Shown in pieces: positions 30,976-42,796 of a DNA stretch of 64,000 bases. Position 1 is the stretch's first letter. Every line of letters begins with the position of its first letter. This stretch comes from Macrostomum lignano (taxonomy: Eukaryota). The stretch is from the NCBI GenBank assembly GCA_002269645.1, contig NIVC01000326.1, forward strand, positions 434,001 to 498,000. The letters are read 5' to 3'. The notes beneath the pieces are model-generated. The model was not told the DNA's origin. It saw nothing but the letters and a program-made list of their open reading frames with translations, and did not search any database. Made by a program: the position numbers and the translations under genes.

Positions 30976-32129
30976 CAGTGTAGTGTGAGCATCTTTTGCG
31001 TGTATTTTGTTAGTTAATTGATTGTATTAGTTTCTATATTGTTATTGAATTATTATTTTGCTTTAGTTTAGTCATGCGTTTTTGATGTACTTTTTCTTGT
31101 TAGTTAAAATCTAAATTTGTAAACAGGTTAGAAGTCAGACGCCAATTGCGACTCAGCGGAGGGTTGAGTTTTTTTCTGCGAACCCCAGCTTTGCACGGTC
31201 AGCCAATCAGAACCGGCCTGGACCCTGGCACGCGGCAAGTTCCAGTTCTACCCGGCGCCGCGGGCACAGTGCAATTCGGCTTAAGCAAGCGGCCGGACAG
31301 ACGACCACCGCCCGGCTTGAGGGGGTTTTGAGGGGTTGTGACTCTGACTATATATGAAAGTGTGTTTGGCAATCAGATCTCGCCTTCTCTTTCCTGCTCC
31401 GTCCCCGGTTTTGATTTGTGTTCCAGCTTCCCGGCCGGTGGCCTGTTTCCCTTTGGTTCGCGCTTTGAGGCGTTTTGATTTCGTCACCCCCGGTCCATAC
31501 TTTGTTCCCCGCCCAACCGCTTCAGTCTTGTAGCGTAACGATTCGGCATCCTTGTCTGACGTCGTCGCTGTCAAGCGCGGTTTAGGTAGAGACTGTCGGA
31601 TCTGATCAAGTACGCGGCCTCGACCCCGAGGGCCTCAGTGTCACACTGAAGGGCAGCGCTGATAGAACTTAGTCAGTGCTCCGTTGAACGATCAATTCGG
31701 CAGGGCTCTCGTTTGAGAGTAGGTTCTGGTTTAGGCCAGGGGTTAGGAGTCTTCTCCGTGGTCGTGTTCGGTTCCTCTTCCTCTTCTTCTCAGCTGAGAT
31801 CTGCTTGCCAGTTGCGTAATCTAATTATTATTATTAACCGTTATCGTCGTTTTGTCAACTCTAGTTATCTGCGCCGCTTTGAATTTGAATCTTGTAACTA
31901 TTGAATGTGTCAAATTAAACCGTCAAGTCAATTGCTTATTAGCTATTCTTACAGGATTATCACTCTCTAAATCTTTCGGTTCGTGTTCCCTCGTGTTCTT
32001 TTCTTTTCTTGTACTGTACCTGCGGCTATTGGAGAAGACTGGTAGAACTCGCCGACCGGCGATAGGCGATTAGGATCAATAGCTTTAAAATCTCTGACGC
32101 TCCAAGTAGGTTTGTCTAGGGCCTAAATA

Positions 32130-32650
32130 CGAGCGTAATTGCTCACCGTGCATGCTATTATCTAATTGCCTATTTATCACAACAGGGATAAGGGACATGT
32201 CCGGGTAGCGGAGCATCCAGCTATCCGACAGTCCGAGAATAGTCGTGAAACCGTCTCCGCCCGGCTTGGAGATGGTCTCGTGAACTACGACGCCATTGGC
32301 CGGCAGCTCCGGGTTGGTAGCCACTAGCAGGCGACGCAGCTCGTCGGCCTTGGTGATGGAGCTGCAAGCCGGGATCCAGGCACGGTGCCGGTGTGTCCGG
32401 GGTCGCTCGTCCTACCTGTAGAGGCGTGGTCCTCGACTTTAGGACTTCTTAAGTACCGCTCAAGGCCATCCTGACCAGGTGGGATTCCAACCTGCTTCAG
32501 GTTTGGTCGAGCTGTTCGGTCGTAAGAGGCATCTTCTGGCCTTGGATGATCAGGTCCGGCTGTCTCTTGACCATAGCCGCATAAGTGCGCTTCGGCTTAG
32601 TGGTTTGGCCAGCGCCCCCCGCTTTGGATCCCTCCGCGGCCGTGGGAGTT
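32130..32650 (-). pseudogene. Decayed LOA-like ORF1 fragment
   Basis: TYAAMVKRQPDLII..LTTEQLD and RHRAWIP..ELRRLL..NPELPANG..TILGL align with ORF1 SYASKVK..LTPEQLD and RHRIWVP..HPDLDASG..VILGL. Confidence 0.8.
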
Positions 32651-32865
32651 TCCACATAGGCAGAGGTCCCGCCACGGGAGGAGCCAGCCTCACTACTTCA
32701 GCAACTGTAAAACGCATCTCAAAAGCCACAAAAGAAATTCTTTACTTTCTCACTTCTGATTGGCTGCCTGGAACAAAAGCAAATGCCAATTAAATTTCGT
32801 CATACTGAACTCACACTTAATTGCCCATTTGTCACATCTGCATCACTGCCAAAGAAAGCAACATC

Positions 32866-33558
32866 ATGCAGCTGCAACCGCTTATGCAGCTGCAGCTTCT
32901 GCTTCTCACTGCAGCATCCGCCTGTCAGCTCCCTTTCACCATCACAAACGGCCACTGCCTCTTCATCGAATACTCCCCGAAGAGAACGTGGTGCGATGCA
33001 GCTGAGCGCTGCTTGCAAATCGGTGGCGAACTGCTGCTGGATCTTGGGGTGATGCGAGCCGTGCGATCGCAAATCTCCGCCTGGTCCTGGGTTGGATTCT
33101 CGGACTTGACGCGCGAGCGGCAGACATCCCGCACTGGTTGGAAGCTCACGAATGGCTCGCTTCTTCAGTCCGAAGATTCGGATTGGAATGAGCCTTCTCC
33201 CCAAAATTCTGCTGCCAATGACGACTTCGGCTTGATATTCAACACTGGACTCGGTGACGGCATGCTGAACACTAATGGCGCAATCTGCCAGCCAATCACA
33301 ACGCCGAACAGCTCCTACCTTAAGGTCACTGAGTTTCTGAAGCTCGGTGACATCAGTCCTGACTACTGCTTCACTGAGGTCGCGGCTGTTTACAAGAAGT
33401 TTGACTGTCTGTCCCTCTGCTCACGTCGCTGGCAGTGCAGAGCTGCTCTGCACAATGCTGTGCAAGGCACGTGCCGGATGCTGGACTTCACTGACGCCAG
33501 CGTTGGTGACGCGATCGAGCTGGACCCCAACTGGAAGAAGTACGTGAAGGTGTACTGA
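32866..33558 (+). CDS. Secreted C-type-lectin-like domain plus PAN/apple-like domain protein (230 aa)
   Basis: Hydrophobic leader after ATG 32866; TWCDAAERC..GGEL, WVGFSD, W..TNG, W...P, AICQ (CTLD); C..C.SLC....CRA..HN...TCRML (PAN-like). Confidence 0.78.
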   Translation: MQLQPLMQLQLLLLTAASACQLPFTITNGHCLFIEYSPKRTWCDAAERCLQIGGELLLDLGVMRAVRSQISAWSWVGFSDLTRERQTSRTGWKLTNGSLLQSEDSDWNEPSPQNSAANDDFGLIFNTGLGDGMLNTNGAICQPITTPNSSYLKVTEFLKLGDISPDYCFTEVAAVYKKFDCLSLCSRRWQCRAALHNAVQGTCRMLDFTDASVGDAIELDPNWKKYVKVY

Positions 33559-34534
33559 TGATCTTGCTGAAGACCTCACTGGAAGGAAGTACTTTTACAT
33601 AGAACAATAATATTTAATAGATTATTAAACAGAGAAATCTTCACGAAAAATTTTTAATAGAAAACTTATCAAAGGCAATTTCCCTTTGATACTTCGAAGT
33701 AGTACTTGATGAGTACTCGCTGTATTTCTCAGAACAATGCTAAGTGAATAAGCTGCTGTGATTAAGGTGTTTTACCTTCTCAATAATAAATTCGAGTCAA
33801 ATCAAAACATAGCCCGAAAATGGCTGCATCGAAAAAAATCCCCGTTGTTCTTGCGTTAAATTTTTTTTGTCTTACCAACGCCACAATTATTTGGTTGCCC
33901 GCTCTGCCACAAAACTCGGATCCACAGCACCAGCTGCAGTGCCAGCCTCCTGCAGGATCCTTGCTTGCCTGGTGCCTGCTCGCCTCCCAACATGCAGTCC
34001 CTGGTGGATAGTCGATTGTCCAAACTTGATCATGTACGCCAAGTTTCGAATGGGCTGCCTCTCTGACTCATCAATCACATCAGCCATCACTGACAGCAGC
34101 ACACAGCCTTTTGCTCTGTTTTCGACTCACTCACAACTCTGTACTTCACGCCGCACCTATCGCTTCACCACAGATTTGTGCAGTTTTGGTGCAGGCGCAT
34201 TCCCTCACACTCTGTTTGCATTGGTTGAGCACAAAGTCACTGAGCACACAGCTGCACAGTCAATCAGAGAAGTGACATCATTAGGAGTGATGGAAAAACT
34301 CAGAATCGGTGCAGTCAAAGCCGTTGATCAACCGATAGAAACCTGGCGGCAAGTATTGATCTTACTGTAACTGTAAAAGCTACAGCTGTTGCTGTGGCAT
34401 TCATTGTGTGAAGTGGAGGGACAATTGAAGCAGCAGCAAAGTTTCATGCATTTTCTTGTTTCATTTTAATGCTGGCGTTGACTGGTGCTGCAGCGGTAAA
34501 GAAAAAAATTTCAGAAGTGATGCGTGAGGCAGCC

Positions 34535-34720
34535 TGCATCAGCAGCAGCAGTGAGAAACAAAAGATGCGGCCCCCAGCAACAGCAGCAATGAGAAGCAAA
34601 AGATGCGGCCCCCAGCAGCAGCAGCAATGAGAAACAAAAGATGCGGCCCCCAGCAAAAGCAGCAATGAGAAACAAAAGATGCCAGCCCCCAGCAACAGCA
34701 GCAATGAGAAGCAAAAGATG
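34535..34720. repeat. ~38-bp tandem repeat (CAGCAGCAATGAGAAACAAAAGATGCGGCCCCCAGCAA), ~5 copies; a related inverted piece lies at 29548-29595
   Basis: Seen directly. Confidence 0.85.
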
Positions 34721-35252
34721 CGGCTAGTTAATGATGCTGAGAGTAGCGGGCCAGTCTGTCTGCGTCATCTCTGCAGCTGTGTATACCAGCTCCATTTTAG
34801 TGTCATTTCTAAGCTCTCCATTTGATTCTATATATTGACAGCGCTCAGAATCATTACGCCAGTTTCTTTAGTAAGGACTTTCTACCTCGTATCAAAATAC
34901 AATTTGGTTTTGCTGCTAGTTTTGGTTTGGTTTTGGTTTCCCACTGTGAGTCCGCTGTGAGCGAGCAATTTTTATCTATTTATTTCCATGCATTATGCAC
35001 AGCTGTTCCTTTTGTGATGTGTGATTCGCGCTTTTGCCATATTTCCATCGTAGGTGAAGTTTGAGTAAAGATAAGGATCACAGTTTTTTGACTGTTTAAA
35101 AGCAAATATGTGCTCCGAGTATGGTCAAAATGGCGCAATGCTTAGTGAAAGTGGTAGGTGGTTCATGTTGGAAGGCCATCTAAGCAGCTATTTGTTGCAC
35201 CAAACTTACGATTGCGCCATTAAACACGCCGGAAGGAGCCAAACGAGACAAA

Positions 35253-36050
35253 TCAGCTGCAAAAAGCAGGCAGCGGCCGAGAAAGCGGATCCCAACCCCA
35301 ATGATGGGGAAGGGAAGGAGTAAAAGCGGGAAGGCAATCAGGTGGAAGCCATGAGGGTGCCTGCAGCTGCGAAGTCATGAAAGAAGCAGAGCGCTGGCGG
35401 CGCGACAGGGCAGAGCTGGCAGAAAAGTAGCGGAGCACAGCGTCCGATCTCCAGCCCCCAAGAGCCCGAACGTCCGAGTCTGACAAGCTGATTTAATGAC
35501 AGAAGCTGGCACCCCCACGCCGGATGCTGTGGCCGGAGAAACCCGCAGGGCGCGCACAGGGCAGAGCGGTGCCTCTGGACGACATGCGGCGTCGACCCGA
35601 ACTGGTTGGTCTTGGACTTAGGGAGGGCCAACTTCCAGCAGCCAGATGAAGCCGACAGGCAGGCCCGTGAGACAGAGCGGCTGCCGCGGGTCGATAGGAA
35701 GTCGCCAGAGCGCAACATGCCCCACCAGCCCACCAGGAGAGCCGCCCAGAAGGCGGCCCTGAGATCTGCGCTTGAGATGGAGCGCGGGAGTTGCTGATGG
35801 ATTCTCTTGAGGTGCTCGATGGTCAGCGGCTTGGCCTGTTTGCATCGCAGGCCCAGATGACGTTTGACGCCGCGGAGGGCCAGCTGCACGGTGAAGTCTG
35901 TCGCTGGGTCGGGGGCACCGGTGGCTTGGTGCAGAAACGAGTCAGCATGGACGTAGGCTCAGAGGCTGGAGAATGACACAGAGGGCTTCCCAGGAGCGCA
36001 GCTGGCTGAGGTAGGATCTCCAGGAGTTCTCCGCCAGGCCGAGGCGGCAC
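35253..36050 (-). pseudogene. Degenerate tyrosine recombinase of DIRS/Ngaro type
   Basis: Across frames: GLAENSWRSY, DPATDF..LALRGVKR, GMLRSGD, KSKTNQFG, CPVRAL, SGHSIRRGGA, LGGWRSDAVLRY. The catalytic R-K-HxxR-W-Y set is visible, but there are frameshifts, a stop and deletions. Confidence 0.85.
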
Positions 36051-36219
36051 AGGTGTCCGGCGGACACAGCGCGGGGGGGGGCGGGCGGCGTCTCCGGAGG
36101 GCGAGGGCGACCTGCAAAAGGAGGCGAGCATCAGCAAAATCTGCATGCGACCAGGAAGGTGAAAGGCCTCCATACTGAGGGCTTTGAGTTGTTGAACTCT
36201 TCGTCAGCTTGCTCTAAGC

Positions 36220-36337
36220 CGAGTGCAGTAGACAAGCGCTTGGTCAGCTGTTGTTTGCGGCCCGTAGTAGGCAGGCCTCCGTTTCGCAGCTCAGCCTTGA
36301 GTTGGCGCACGTTTAGTCGCTTTGGGCTGGCACTCAT
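36220..36337 (-). other. SAP-domain-like coding segment upstream of the recombinase remnant
   Basis: MSASPKRLNVRQLKAELRNGGLPTTGRKQQLTKRL fits the SAP pattern L.V.QLK.EL..RGLP..G.K..L..RL. Confidence 0.7.
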
Positions 36338-36515
36338 GACGGCGGCTGAGCAAAAAAAAGAGAAATGGCGGCCCCCAAGTTGCGCAACACACAAAAATCA
36401 ACTCAAGCCACTCTATTTCAACAACTCTCCGTCTAGTCTGACTGTCGTTTCAAAATTGATTGGTCATCACGCCAGTCAGGTTATTAACTATTTCATTATT
36501 TTCCATCACATGAGC

Positions 36516-37091
36516 CAGGGGTCGGAAACTCCGGCCCGCAAAGCCTCTTCATCCGACCCTCGCGGTCCTTTGAAACTGCTTGCACAATGGCAATCCGGCC
36601 CGCTCGATGTTTGTCTCTTCTCAGCGCTCTTCTCTCTTCTCTCCTCTTTGCTCCTTTATTCCCTCGCCTCTCCCTTCTCCTATCTGCCTTCTTTCATTTT
36701 TATTCCCTCGCATCTCCTCTTTCCTCCGGACCGCAGTCATGCTCAAGGTCCTTTATCTGGCCCTTGGGGTAGAAAAGTTTGCCGACCCCTGCTCAATGTT
36801 CTCTATCTGGCCCTTGGGGTAGAAAAGTTTGCCGATCCCTGCTCAAGGTTCTCTATCTGGCCCTTGGGGTAGAAAAGTTTGCCGATCCCTGCTCAAGGTT
36901 CTCTATCTCGCCCTTGGGGTAAAACAGTTTGCCGACCCCTGCTCAAGGTTCTCTATCTGGCCCTTGGGGTAAAACAGTTTGCCGACCCCTGCTCAAGGTT
37001 CTCTATCTGGCCCTTGGGGTAAAAAAGTTTGCCGACCCCTGCTCAAGGTTCTCTATCTGGCCCTTGGGGTAAAACGGTTTGCCGACCCCTT
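36516..37091. mobile_element. hAT/Charlie-like MITE with its right end tandemly repeated (7 x 50 bp, 36741-37090)
   Basis: Left end CAGGGGTCGGAAACTCCGGCCCG; each 50-bp unit ends AGTTTGCCGACCCCT(G), the reverse complement of the Charlie-type TIR CAGGGGTCGGCAAACT. No 8-bp TSD was found. Confidence 0.72.
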
Positions 37092-37818
37092 GCATAAGCG
37101 AAACGAGCAAGCGTGAAAAAAGAACGCCTGTTGGTTGCCGCAGGATCCCCCGGTAAACAAGGTGCAAGAAAATCCTGCTCTATGCGACCCTCGGCATCGT
37201 GACAATCGAAATACCAGGAAAAAGGACGATCGGAAAAGTGTAGGTGCTAGGTTTTTTGTTAGCTCGCGCCAGTTGTATCAATAATAGCTCTGGCCTTTGT
37301 ACTCTGATACAGACTGTTCACTGGTGTTGAATTCAAAGCAAAAAATAGTTTTCTCAAACCTGCTGAAAATATGTACGAACCTGGGCTCAGCTGGAGAATG
37401 TGCGCACAGTGTTGCTCGCGCAACAAATTGTAAAACTTGCGTCACCCTCCTCTAAACCCCAGCCCAGTCATTCTCCTCAGTATCAGTCAGTTGATTGCAG
37501 TGAACGCTTGCGATCACTCTTAAAAGTCAGTTGATGGCGTGAAAAAACTGAGGCGATTTTTTAGTCAGTTCCAACACCCCCACACCTCAACCCCCGCCAG
37601 TGTACAGAAGCATGTACAGCGGCACCCCCCCGGCGCGTCTAACGCACTGACTTCGTCCCCCACTTTTGAGCACATGCATCTTTTCCTTGCATATCCAATA
37701 TACTAAAAATCAAAACTATGTACCTATAGGAACCTTCGCTTAACTTCACTCTACATGGTCGGAATTTCGTGAGGTTTTCTGCATTCGATGCGTATTGATG
37801 GTGCGCTGGTACACAAAA

Positions 37819-39161
37819 TCTAAATATACTAAATCTCTAATTCTCTCCTAATACTAAAGTTGGTGCGATGATTGTTTGTTTGTTTGTTTGTTTGTCTGTT
37901 TGTTTGTGTGTTGCATAACTCCTCCTAGAATACTTGCAAGTCAGCGTTGAAACTTATATGGGTAAACTGCAAATTTTCCGGGGACTGCAGTGGGCCATTT
38001 CAATTTTTTATTTTCACATTTTAAGATCCCTAAAAAAGCAGAAAACTGAAATCTTGACCTTTGATAATCTTATTCGTCCCCTCTTTCTGCTCGGAGCTGA
38101 TAAAATGCATCAATTTTGATTGCTTGCGCCATAACTTTCTCCTATCTCGCCAGTGCATTTCTCTCCAGTTGGGGGATGGGGCGTTCTAAGTGGCTGCGTG
38201 TGTACAATTGGACCCTGGCTCACTGGCGCACTGTATAGATGATTGCGCAATGATTTGGCTACTGTTAAGTTGTTCTGCCTTTCAATATGAAGCCCTGTGT
38301 ATTGTAGGACAGTGAAATTCATTGCATAACTTGCGAGTCGCTTTAACAGGCGGTGAGCGTACACTCGATATTTCAATGCTTTAAATCGGAAAGTTGTAAA
38401 CGTTAACTGCTCCTCGAGTTCTAAACTTTAAGAGAAGAGACTTATATTGCCGGAAAGAGCTTGCAACACTGAGTTTGGAGGTATAAGTTGTTTGCTTTAA
38501 ATATGAAAACAAAAAGGACAGCGTTCAAAAACTATTTCCAAACTTTTAACTTTCTGCAAAGATTGCACTTAGTTTCGCGAGACGTAATAGATAAAGTTGG
38601 GGGAGGGTTCAACTTCTTACTGCCACTGTGTATTGGAGGGTTGATTTAGATTGCGCAATCATTTTGTTAACTTTACCTGAGCCTGATACTGACTAAATGA
38701 GAAATCGGTTGCGCAATAAATTGATTCAATTAATTCAATATTCTTATCGGCGCCTTTCAACCCGCAGCTCTGTGCAGCTCTAACCCTAACCCTAACCACT
38801 GATGGCACTGAACCCTGAGAGTTGAGTTCTTTTTTACGGAGAAAATTTCGATTCAGTCCAGTTTAATGGAGAGAATTTCTGTTTCGCGGAGACGATTTTG
38901 ATGGATGTCAGTTTCACGGAGAGGATTTCCATGGAGTCCAGTTTCACGGAGAGGATTTCTATTTCTCGGAGGGGATTTTGATGAATGTCAGTTTCACGGA
39001 GAGGTGTTTGATGGAGTTCTCTTTTACGAAGAGGATTTCGATGATGTTCAGTTTCGCGGAGAGGAGTTGGATGATGGGTTTCATGGAATGGCATTTCAGG
39101 GAATGGAGTTCCGGTGATGGGAATTCTTCCCCTTTCTCCTCCAGAGGAGGAGTTGGCCTCG
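37819..39161 (+). mobile_element. Non-autonomous Helitron-like element A
   Basis: A|TC start (TCTAAATATACTAAA), (GTTT)n near the 5' end, degenerate ~31-bp internal repeat (38830-39110), and a CTCCT/AGGAG hairpin before a CTCG end. Confidence 0.6.
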
Positions 39162-39640
39162 TCCTATATACTAAAAATGAGTTGTCTGTATGTGGGTAGG
39201 TATGCGATAGATTTCAGAAAAAATGGCTCAACCGATTTTCTTCAAACTTGCACCATTCGATCAGAAATTTTCCTGGGACGGTACATGCATCTTGGCTAAG
39301 AAATTGCTCAATATTAAAGGGATTAAATATTCGAAAAACATGCTTTTTTGCAAAGGTCAAGCAGCTCTTTCGACCTAAAATGCATTGTAAGAATGCTAGA
39401 GAAAAAACTGACTGACTGAATTCCAATTGTGATAAAGATTACATCACAACCAGTTGAAAACAGTGCCGAACAAATGCACACAAAACTTGATTTAAATTGC
39501 GTAACAATATTGCTAACTTAAATCGACACTGATACTGGCTGACTGAGAAATTGATTATGTCATAACTTTTTACTCTAGCCGATTTAATAAAAGAATTTAA
39601 TTATAAGGGCCACAATTCATGTACTCCAATTGACAAGAGA

Positions 39641-39716
39641 TAGCATAGATGCGAACAGACTGGACTGCTAATGCAGCGACCTGGGTTCGAATCTTAGTAG
39701 TGCAAAAAGATTTTTT
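39641..39716 (+). other. tRNA-Ser(GCT)-like Pol III promoter remnant inside Helitron B (second copy at ~42685-42762)
   Basis: A-box-like TAGCATAGATG (TAGCCAAGATG in copy 2), anticodon-arm-like TGGACTGCTAATGCA, B-box GGGTTCGAATC, then a T6 run. Not an intact cloverleaf. Confidence 0.55.
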
Positions 39717-39762
39717 ATTCAAAAACCTTAAAAACACAAAATGCTAAATACAAAAAAGCACA

Positions 39763-41898
39763 ATGTCAAACATTAAAGAGCCACCATGTCAAACATTAAA
39801 GAGCCACCATGTCTAACATTAAAGAGCCACCATGTCGACCATTAAAGAGCCACCATGTCGACCATTAAAGAGCCACCATGTCTAACATTAAAGAGCCACC
39901 ATGTCTAACATTAAAGAGCCACCATGTCTAACATTAAAGAGCCACCATGTCTAACATTAAAGAGCCACCATGTCTAACATTAAAGAGCCACCATGTCCAA
40001 CATATATGTGACTTCATGTCAAACATTAAAGAGCCACCATATCAAACATTAAAGAGCCACCATATCTAACATTAAAGAGCCACCATTTAAAACATTAAAG
40101 AGCCATCATGTCGAACATTAAAGAGCCACCATGTCTAACATTAAAGAGCCACCATGTCTAACAATAAAGAGCCACCATGTCTAACATTAAAGAGCCACCA
40201 TGTCTAACATTAAAGAGCCACCATGTCCAACATATATGTGACTTCATGTCAAACATTAAAGAGCCACCATATCAAACATTAAAGAGCCACCTTATCTAAC
40301 ATTAAAGAGCCACCATTTCAAACATTAAGGAGCCACCATGTCTAACATTAAAGAGCCACCATGTCTAACATTAAAGTGCCACCATTTCAAACATTAAAGA
40401 GCCACCATGTCGAACATTAAAGAGCCACCATGTCTAACATTACAGAGCCACCATGTCTAACATTAAAGAGCCACCATGTCAAACATTAAAGAGCCATCAT
40501 GTCGACCATTAAAGAGACACCATGTCCAACATATATGTGACTTCATGTCAAACATTAAAGAGCCATCATGTCGACCATTAAAGAGACACCATGTCCAACA
40601 TATATGTGACTTCATGTCAAACATTAAAGAGCCATCATGTCAAAAATTAAAGAGCCACCATGTCTAACATTAAAGAGCCACCATGTCTAACATTAAAGAG
40701 CCACCATGTCTAACATTAAAGAGCCACCATGTCTAACATTAAAGAGCCACCATGTCAAACATTAAAGAGCCATCATGTCGACCATTAAAGAGACACCATG
40801 TCCAACATATATGTGACTTCATGTCAAACATTAAAGAGCCACCATGTCTAACATTAAAGAGCCACCATGTCAAACATTAAAGAGCCACCATGTCTAACAT
40901 TAAAGAGCCAGCATGTCGAACATTAAAGAGACACCATGTCCAACATATATGTGACTTCATGTCAAACATAAAAGAGCCATCATATCGAACATAAAAGAGC
41001 CACTATGTCTAACATAAAAGGACCACCATATCAAACATTAAAGAGGCACCATGTCAAAAATTAACAGCCACCATGTCTAACATTAAAGAGCCACCATGTC
41101 GAACATTAAAGAGCCACCATGTCGAACATTATAGAGCCACCATGTCAAAAATAAAAGAACCACCATGTCGAATATAAAAGAGCCACCATGTCAAACATTA
41201 AAGAGCCACCATGTCGAACATTAAAAGGCCACCATGTCAAACATTATAGAGCTACCATATCGAACATTAAAGAGCCATCATGCCGAACATTAAAGAGCCA
41301 CCATGTAAATTATAAAAAAGCCACCATGTCAAACATTAAAGAGCCATCATGTCAAAAATAAAAGGACCACCATGTCAAACAATAAAGAGGCACCATGTCG
41401 AACATTAAGAAGTCACCATGTCGAACATTAAAGAGCCACCATGTCTAACATAAAAGAGCCACCATGTCGAACATTAAAGAACCACCATGTCTAACATTAT
41501 AGAGCCACCATGTCGATCATTAAAGAGCCACTATTTCAAACATTAAAGAGCCATCATTACATTAAGGTGCCACCAGGTCAAACATTAAAGAGCGACCATG
41601 TCGAACATAAAACAGCCACCATGTCAAACATAAAAGAGCCACCATGTCAAACATAAAAGAGCCACCATGTAAAACATAAAAGAGCCATCATGTCAAACAT
41701 TAAAGAGCCACCATGTCAAACATTAAAGAGCCACAATGTTAAACATAAAACAGCCACCATGTCAAACATAAAAGAGCCATCATGTCAAACATATATGTGA
41801 CTCCCTGTCAAACAGTAAAGAGCCACCATGTCTAACATTAAAGAGGCACCAAGTCGAACATTAAAGAGCCACCATGTCAAAAATAAAAGAGCCACCAT
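39763..41898. repeat. 23-bp satellite (AAACATTAAAGAGCCACCATGTC)n, ~90 copies
   Basis: 23-bp period measured at 39763 and 39786. Confidence 0.97.
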
Positions 41899-42796
41899 AA
41901 AATTTACACAATTTCAAACGTAAAAGTAAGCGTCATGCCAATTTTAAAGGAGCCACTATAGAGCTAAGGAAATTGTAGCACTAGCTACTTGTTGTATGGC
42001 GGATGCTTACTATTTGGGGATGCTTGCTATCTGGGGGATGCTTGCTATCTGGGGGATGCTTGCTGTCTTGGTATGATTTCTTTTTCATTACACTTTATTT
42101 GAGCAGTTTGTCTGTCGTCTTTGTGAAGGCTTTATTTGGCTGTCTTTTTGTTACTTGTAGAGAACAGAGATTCTATCCAGATGTCCCCCAACGGGGGGCG
42201 AAGATTGCTAGTCCTATATACTAAAAATGAAATGTCTGTGTGTATGTGTGAGATAGATTCCAGAAAAAACGGCTCAACCGATTTTCTTCAAACTTGCACC
42301 ATTCGATCGGAAATTTTCCTGGGACGGTACATGCATCCTGGCTAAGAAATTTCTCAATGTTAAAGGGATTAAATATTCGAAAAACATGCTTTTTTGCAAA
42401 GGTCAAGCAGCTCTTTCGACCTAAAATTCATTGTAAGAATGCTAGAGAAAAAACTGACTGGCTGAATTCCGATTGTGATAAAGATTGCATCACAACAAGT
42501 TGAAAACAGTGCTGAAGAAATGCACACACGACTTGAATGAAATTGCGTAACAAATATTGCTAACTCAAATTGAGACTGATACTGGCTGACAGAAATTGAT
42601 TATGTCATAACTTTTTACTCCAATTGACTTGCTGTAAGAATTGAATTATAAGGGCCACAATTAATGTTCTCCAATTGAAAATAGATAGCCAAGATGCAAA
42701 CAGACTGGAATGCTAATGTAGCGACCTGGGTTCGAATCTTAGTAGTGCAAAAAGATTTTTTTATCAAAACACCTTAAAAACACAAAACACAAGCGG

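Larger units (their letters stand above)
39162..42211 (+). mobile_element. Non-autonomous Helitron B, copy 1
   Basis: 5' TCCTATATACTAAAAATG; 3' hairpin CCCCCAACGGGGG then 8 nt and CTAG; internal 23-bp satellite 39763-41898. Confidence 0.85.

Noticed and set aside
33880-34370. Possible transposase remnant; short AKGCVL match to 1700-1730
   Set aside because: The similarity is only about 25 bp and no catalytic motif was recognisable.
38780-38797. (CCCTAA)x3 telomere-like motif
   Set aside because: Only about three units, inside a Helitron-like element; not evidence of a telomere or fusion site.
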